64,000 nt of DNA. Source: Tubiluchus corallicola. Lineage: Eukaryota; Animalia; Priapulida. Below the pieces are notes generated by a model. That model had not been told where the DNA came from and searched no databases. It saw only the letters and a list, made by a program, of their open reading frames with translations. Position numbers and translations under genes: made by a program. Below are positions 52,101 to 64,000 of this stretch, one piece after another (positions within the stretch are counted from its first letter, which is position 1; each line of letters begins with the position of its first letter). The DNA lies in contig JAQGDQ010000060.1 of assembly GCA_030141605.1 (NCBI GenBank), positions 558,001 through 622,000 on the forward strand. The letters run 5' to 3'.

Positions 52101-54358
52101 GGAATTATTTAACACTGTTTTTATCAACAGACAGTCGAGCTTGTGCTAAATATCAGTGATTCACATTATTACGATACTGGTGCATTTTACGATACATGTA
52201 TCATTACAAAAGGTATCACGATACATTGTTACATCGAGTGCCAAATTTTTCAATATCCGCAACTTGCATTAACTAATATAGCAGAGTAGCACCATCTCAA
52301 ATGAGTTATCATGGCGTCAGTTAGTTATTCATTGTACTTACATGATCTAGGAACGTGATGCACTCCATATCGGCTTTGTCACCTACTGAAGATATTAACC
52401 GATGATTTGACAACTGATCGAGTAACATTAAGGAAAATATGTACAAATAAGAACAAAGAACAATACTGGAAACAAGAAAGATTCTCCATTTTGTCAAATG
52501 AGTACCTACATATCTTGTTAAGAACATTTTGAACAAGTTTGTATTTAGAATCGTGATAGCATAATGAAGTCTGGAAAACGGCTCTTCCAAATAAATGAAT
52601 AGATATAGAGAAAATGACATTCACAAAAATATAACTAAAAAAATCAATAAACTAAACGGATGAAATAAAAAAATGCTAAGAAATATTGGGTAGAAGTCTA
52701 CCCAGAAGTGAAAGTGCTGAAAATTTTTTAATGTATAACTATTTTCTTAACATGTTAGTATGTGAAGAAAATAACATGTTTGTTACCATTACTACGTACT
52801 ATTACTATACAAGACTTAGAAATGAGTCTCCTTATTTGGTAGCATTTGGAGCTTAAATTAAAAAAACATCGTGGAGATCTCATTGAAGTTTATAAAATAT
52901 AAATTAGAAAAGACATTTTGCCGGAAAAAATTTAGCTGTTGATGCTAAAACTAGAGGACATAGTTTAAAACTGTTTAAAGAGCGGTCATGTCTTGACATT
53001 GTAAATATTCATTTTCTGTGAGAGTAGTGAATGAATGGAATAATTTGCTTGTCATGATGATTCAAACACTAACCGTAGTAGAGTTTAGATCCTTAATCGA
53101 CAATTATTTTGCGGAAAAATATAGGATTTCTATGAGGTACATGCTTAACCTCTAATCATGACAGTGTAAGAGTTTTTGGCTTAGTAGCTAGCAAAATGAT
53201 TTAGACTTAAACAGATCAGAGCTCAAAAATGCACCCTGCAAAATCACCAAGCTTGCAGGACTTGTGATTAAATTTTCCATCTGTTCAACTTTGTTTATCC
53301 TTGCTTGAATTCATGTATAATTATCATAGGTTTTAATTATAGATTTCAGTTTGGCCTGTAGGTATTAGATTGCATGTCTTTAATATGTTTAGTTAAGAAG
53401 CCTAAAATGTGTTGTGTAAAGAAAGTTGTGGCTACATTTACCTGCTTGTTTTGATCTTGTCGACCATTCTGCCTCTTGTTAAATAACATGTGATTCAACA
53501 ATCATTACAGTACTGATGTCTAGCTCACCTGATGACTTTTTAGTCCATTTGCTACCTTATCTTGCTGACTTTATATTTACTTAATTAACACGTTTACTAC
53601 TCTATTTATGTTTACATATTTCTATAGATGTTTCTGAAATGCTACAGAGAAAAATAAACTTCATTTGATTTGAATTTGAGCACATTTTTCAAGATGTCAT
53701 TGCAGGCCTTATAAGTTTGTTAGTCACTCACAAGTGGTCACTGTATGAAAAGTGTGTAAGTTGCAAAATGCATTAGAATTGACGAAGCAAAAGGAAACAA
53801 AAGTGGACTTGAGTGTAGAAAATGCCTACCCAGTACAGTTACAGGCAATGTCTAAGTACATTACTTTGGATAAATATAAATTGATTAATGCTACATGGGT
53901 ATAGTCAGCTGTTACTGAATACAATATAGTTGTTGTCTTGCTGGCAGGTAGTCCACTTTTTATCCAAAATCCAGATCTGTGTATGAGAGCCAATCAGGCC
54001 GATCAGTTTTGTATTTTGTTCATTAATGGTGACTATCTTTGATTGTTGCACGGGTTACATACTATAAGGATACAGCTTTTGCCCAAAAATGAGGTATCTT
54101 TTTGATAACAAGGCTTCTCTTCTCTAAAAACGGTTTTCGTTGTTTGTCGAATTTCCGCTTTATAGAAGCAATTTCTTCTTTACATTTAATGTCTATTAAC
54201 TGCAGATCAGTTTGACAAGCCGCTATTTCATTGATTTCACTGCTAAATTTCTCTTTTTCACAGTTACCATTAACCGGTGACAACATCCTAAAACCACACT
54301 TTCTGTGCCTTTCGCCGAATTTAGGAATCTTTCTTGGAGGCTCTAGTACCAACGCCAT
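42037..54358 (-). CDS. SET/TAF-I-like (NAP family) histone chaperone fused to a C-terminal BEN domain; exons 54358-54074, 52413-52342, 51318-51198, 49373-49219, 48418-48213, 46520-46372, 43127-42037 (about 692 aa)
   Basis: NAP motifs RKPFLEKRSLVIKKIPHFWAKA | LSNHRLIS | FHFSKNPYL...SKDF | IQW...SFISWL | ICNDIWLDPLQYF. All introns are GT-AG with consistent phases 0,0,1,0,2,1. Total 2079 nt open to the stop at 42037. The NAP exons are very well supported; the join to BEN is inferred from phase. Confidence 0.8.
43825..44452. mobile_element. About 630-bp TIR element (GTGTGC...GCACAC), copy 1
   Basis: About 42-bp imperfect TIRs; colinear with 60153-60777. Confidence 0.85.
45943..46108. repeat. 40-bp minisatellite (gtgcttgactccaggtgaaccaagtgagtcatttgtaaag), about 4 copies
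   Basis: Same unit as 46640-47365. Confidence 0.9.
46640..47365. repeat. 40-bp minisatellite, about 18 copies
   Basis: Unit gtgcttgactccaggtgaaccaag(t/g)gagtcatt(t/c)gtaaag; more homogeneous towards the right. Confidence 0.95.
47432..47612. repeat. About 59-bp tandem repeat x3
   Basis: aagaacagatctactgaaccagtagaagattcgcatgcacatacaaa recurs three times. Confidence 0.9.
48760..49035. repeat. About 69-bp tandem repeat x4
   Basis: tactggccaggttaggtg...gtattaagtgaacgagttaatt recurs with a 69-bp period. Confidence 0.9.
49398..49881. mobile_element. Kolobok-like MITE
   Basis: TIRs AGGAAAACCGGACGATTGT / ACAATCGACCGGTTTTCCT flanked by ctaa / ttaa (TTAA-type TSD). Confidence 0.8.
51575..52236. mobile_element. 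hAT-like MITE (TAGGGCTGTAATGATAC end, cgatac subterminal repeats)
   Basis: Left TAGGG terminus with cgatac repeats; degraded right end with the same motifs. Confidence 0.65.
52414..54073 (-). other. U12-type (minor spliceosome) GT-AG intron
   Basis: 5' site GTATCCTTAT; branch-like TTTTCCTTAAT about 13 nt before the AG; no long polypyrimidine tract. Confidence 0.85.
52862..53130 (+). mobile_element. CR1 LINE 3' fragment
   Basis: RGDLIEVYKI...TRGHSLKLFKERSCLDI...FSVRVVNEWNNL, the canonical CR1 ORF2 C-terminus. Confidence 0.85.
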
Positions 54359-54809
54359 TCTGGGGTCTTTATTTAAAAAGAATATCGCTCTGAGATAACG
54401 ACGGTCTTCAGATACGATAGCAGCTGGCCAATTACACAAATGTTTGATAAAGGAAAGAAACAAATAAGGTAACAAGGACACAATTTGAATTAGAAGTCAA
54501 AATCATAATCAAACTCAATCAAATCACTCATTCCGTAAAGAAGCCCAAATTTAGTCAATTTGGAAATTCCGGATTATGAAACAAACCGGAAAGCATCTTC
54601 TGGAAATTTACGCTTGTTTCTACGACTTGTCTTCACGACTTAGAATTACACAAAGGAAAGTAACCATTTCAAGAGGGTACAAACATAAAAACCAATAACA
54701 AAGAATAACCTATAACATCAAACTATTGTGGAATTAATAAATAACCTATCATGACCTCGATATTTTAATGTGTAACCCCATGGGGGAGGGGGGGAGTAGG
54801 AGGAGGAGG

Positions 54810-55176
54810 AACGAACATTCGAATTCGATTTGAAGCTAAAACTGCAGATACTAATAATTCAGCACTTCAACCACATACGTTCTTTATCATTAAAACATTT
54901 GAAACTTCATGAAATTAGTGTAATTTAGCTATGATTTCTGTGCACAGTTTTTAAACAAATTATTAGTAGTTTTACTCCAGAACAAAATCTTTTAATATGC
55001 ATGATCTTTGTAAGACTAATTTTCGTTGGTGGTTCGAAAACTTGTTCCAAAATCTTCAAATCTCAATCCGAATTCGATTAGAATTCGAAATACTGAAGCT
55101 CGGTTCGATTTGAATTCAAAAGTGACAAATTCGATTCGAATTGAATTCACTTTCTGGTAGAGAATGCTTAGCCGTA
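54810..55176. mobile_element. Degraded hAT MITE, TAGGGGTGAGCAT family
   Basis: Internal sequence colinear with 33595-34015; termini eroded. Confidence 0.85.
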
Positions 55177-57506
55177 AACCCCACGCATCTTTTACACTTA
55201 CAGTCTGCAGTGACTGTAATTGCTTATAGCTGACACAAGATGATTAGGTGTACAAATTAAGGACATTTCTGATAAACTTTTAAAAGCCAACGTCCCAATT
55301 AATTCAGCATTTAATCTATTATTTAATTATCAGAAGTGGGTTTTGCAGTATTAATTATATTAAAATGTATATTTTTATTGTATTAGAAAATGGAAGAGTA
55401 TTTGATATGGAGAATCATCCTGTCTTGTTGTTGTCTTTAGTGTTGATATTTCACTAATTATAATGTTTTGTAAAACAACAATCTCTTCCGTTCTGAACTA
55501 GCATAATGTGGCTTTTTTCATATGTTTGCTAACTGGCTTAAGATTGAGAAAGACCACGAAAATGTATTAAGCTCGTTGGTAGGTATAAATAGCATCTGAC
55601 TAATTACCATACTGTTCTGTGTAATAAAATGTTACTGAAGATGCTAAAGAAAATTATGGCTGGTACATCATCCTCTACATGAAGAATTTAAATTTCTCTC
55701 ACACGAAGCAAGATTAAATTTACCCTTTCAAGAATTTTCACTTTAAATTCTCAGTTGTGAAAAGCAGCCATTTCAATAAAAACATTCAATGGTAGCTAAA
55801 ACTCTAAACAATTTTTAATTTTTTAAGCTTTATTTAAATTGTACCATTTAGATTTATTTTATGTATTATTATATATATAGATTATTTGTTTGTAAAATTG
55901 AATTTATTTTACAGTTGAAAATCTATTGCTCTAATTGCTTTTCACTAATCTGAGCAAAGTTGAAACAACAAATTTCATATATCTCATGTGTACTATATAT
56001 CGCCAATAAAGATGTCCATGTATATATTTATGTTTGTAGATAATCTAGCATTATGTCATAACCTGCGCATGCGCAAGTACTCCGGTCACTGCATTTTTGA
56101 GAGTGAAAAAAGGTTGTTACAAAATTATAGCTAACTTACCGGCTAGCAGCCCATTCAGTAGTGATAAAACAACACAGCAAGATAAAACAACTTCTAAACA
56201 CCACATATCTACAGTAGTTTAGCTTTGATACATGTAAAGCTTTTATATGTGAAGTTGAAGACATTCCACGTGTCTGGAATACCGACCATAAACAGTGAAA
56301 ACTAATGTGGTTGCTGTTCAGGTTACATGCTGGCATTTTGTCATGTAAATCACATGGGGTAAACGAAGTTAGGTGCAATGACACATTTTGCCCAGGGCCT
56401 ATTTCGGGGGCTTATTTTTGCTAGCATCACTCGCCGATGTATTAGCAAACTTGTGACAGTGATGAAGAACATTGAGAAAAAAGAGGAAGAGAAGCAGAAA
56501 AGGAGAAAAAAATAAAAGCAAAATTTCTGATACGCAAAACATTGTTGTGTTGTTACAGAATAAACTTCTATTATGTACTGTAACTGTAATTTTTTCTGAA
56601 AGTATTAGTGTCGATGTCATTGTCGTCATCATCATCGTCATCAGTATCACCACCGTCATCATCTCTACACTTGAATTGGCACTTTGTGATTCTATAAAAA
56701 ACAATGCACATTCAAGCATAAATACATGAGCAAATATTGTCTAATTTTTATGCATTATGCACATCACACAAGCATCCACACATACAGTTTTTGCAAATTT
56801 TTGGCCCTCCTTCACTGTATCAGTACAATTTGAAAGTTGTATAATGTACAAAATTTTTTGTAAAACATGTATGAGCATTGCTGTCAAATGGTGTCATTTG
56901 ATGTCATTTGAGAAACCATTACCAGTATTTAAAACATGGCAACTAAGAACATATGTACATTTACGCAAAATGGATTTAGAAAGGCTAATATCATTTTCTA
57001 CGCAGATTGCAGAAGATCGCGTACCATATGTATAATTGAAGAATTTTACCATAGCTCTGTAGTGCCCAGATTTCAGGTCATTAAAGATATACAAGTTATA
57101 TTTCACAGAAAAAACGTAATGCCCATTATAGCCTCATAGATCAAAATATTTATTTAGTAGATTTTGCCTTAGCAGACTTCATCAGCCGAATGTAGTAGAT
57201 AAAATAACAGTATGTATCAAAGAAAGAAAATTGTGTCTAAACATCACTGGTTTGAAGTACAATAAGTTAAAGAAAGAGTATAATTGACTGCATAAGAAGT
57301 TTTACCAGCACATGCTATTCAGGTATGTCAATTTTTCTTTTTGTCAATCTTCTTTAATTAATTTTATTCAATTTTATTAAAATAAAAACAGAATGTTTTT
57401 ATAATTCTATTATTGCTACGCTGTATTTGTTTGTAAATGCAATTTTTGTTTACAAAGTTCTTCCAGCACAAGCCAGCCTAAAAAAAAGAAAAATTAAAAG
57501 ATGTCA

Positions 57507-57529
57507 TAATAATAATAATGATAGTGATG

Positions 57530-57622
<93 letters not shown>

Positions 57623-57662
57623 TAATAATAACAATGATAATAATAATAATAACAACAACAAC
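57507..57662. repeat. (AAT)n microsatellite
   Basis: Visible run. Confidence 0.97.
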
Positions 57663-57697
57663 ATTAAAATTGAATGAATGTTTAACACAAATGTTAC

Positions 57698-63743
<6,046 letters not shown>

Positions 63744-64000
63744 CTGAAACATTGTAATTAAGCACATAGAATCACATTACACTAATCTTCTTACTACGGA
63801 GCATCGTAAGTACTTCGTTTACTATAATTTCACTTAAAGGAATATCTACTGATATAACAAAACAGTGAACTTCGTGTTAATAATTAATAAATCTAATCAA
63901 ATCTGTAGCAGACATAGCTATTTTTTGTTAATCTTGCTTACAAATTCGTCTACGAGGCGCCATCTGTGGCGGTAATGTAAAGCTTTTAGTTTTGGCCAGC

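Noticed and set aside
56399-56527. Candidate TTLL4 terminal exon (EILLLFF...KNKPPK*)
   Set aside because: Phase-compatible but low complexity and without recognisable TTLL4 similarity; left unresolved.

Overview
AT-rich invertebrate-animal genomic DNA with spliceosomal introns and many transposon remnants. All recognisable host genes lie on the minus strand. In order of transcription (right to left) they are: the 3' part of a divergent TTLL4-like tubulin glutamylase; a divergent SET/TAF-I (NAP-family) histone-chaperone gene; two intact BEN-domain exons plus a decayed third copy; two multi-C2H2 zinc-finger genes; and the first exons of a probable transformer-2 (Tra2)-like SR gene. The main observation comes from manual splice reconstruction. 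The NAP/SET domain exons join in frame, through a linker exon, to either of two tandem BEN-domain terminal exons, both with phase-1 acceptors. This predicts NAP-BEN fusion proteins of about 692 and 710 aa, plus a 280-aa NAP-only isoform from a stop codon overlapping a weak donor. The arrangement resembles mod(mdg4)/lola: a constant N-terminus with alternative DNA-binding exons, here built on a histone chaperone. Its first coding intron has U12-type signals. Mobile DNA includes CR1/L2 and RTE LINE remnants, several hAT-type MITEs, a Ginger-like element inside an RTE fragment, a Kolobok-like MITE, a Harbinger remnant and several minisatellites. All gene models are sequence-only inferences with no transcript support.
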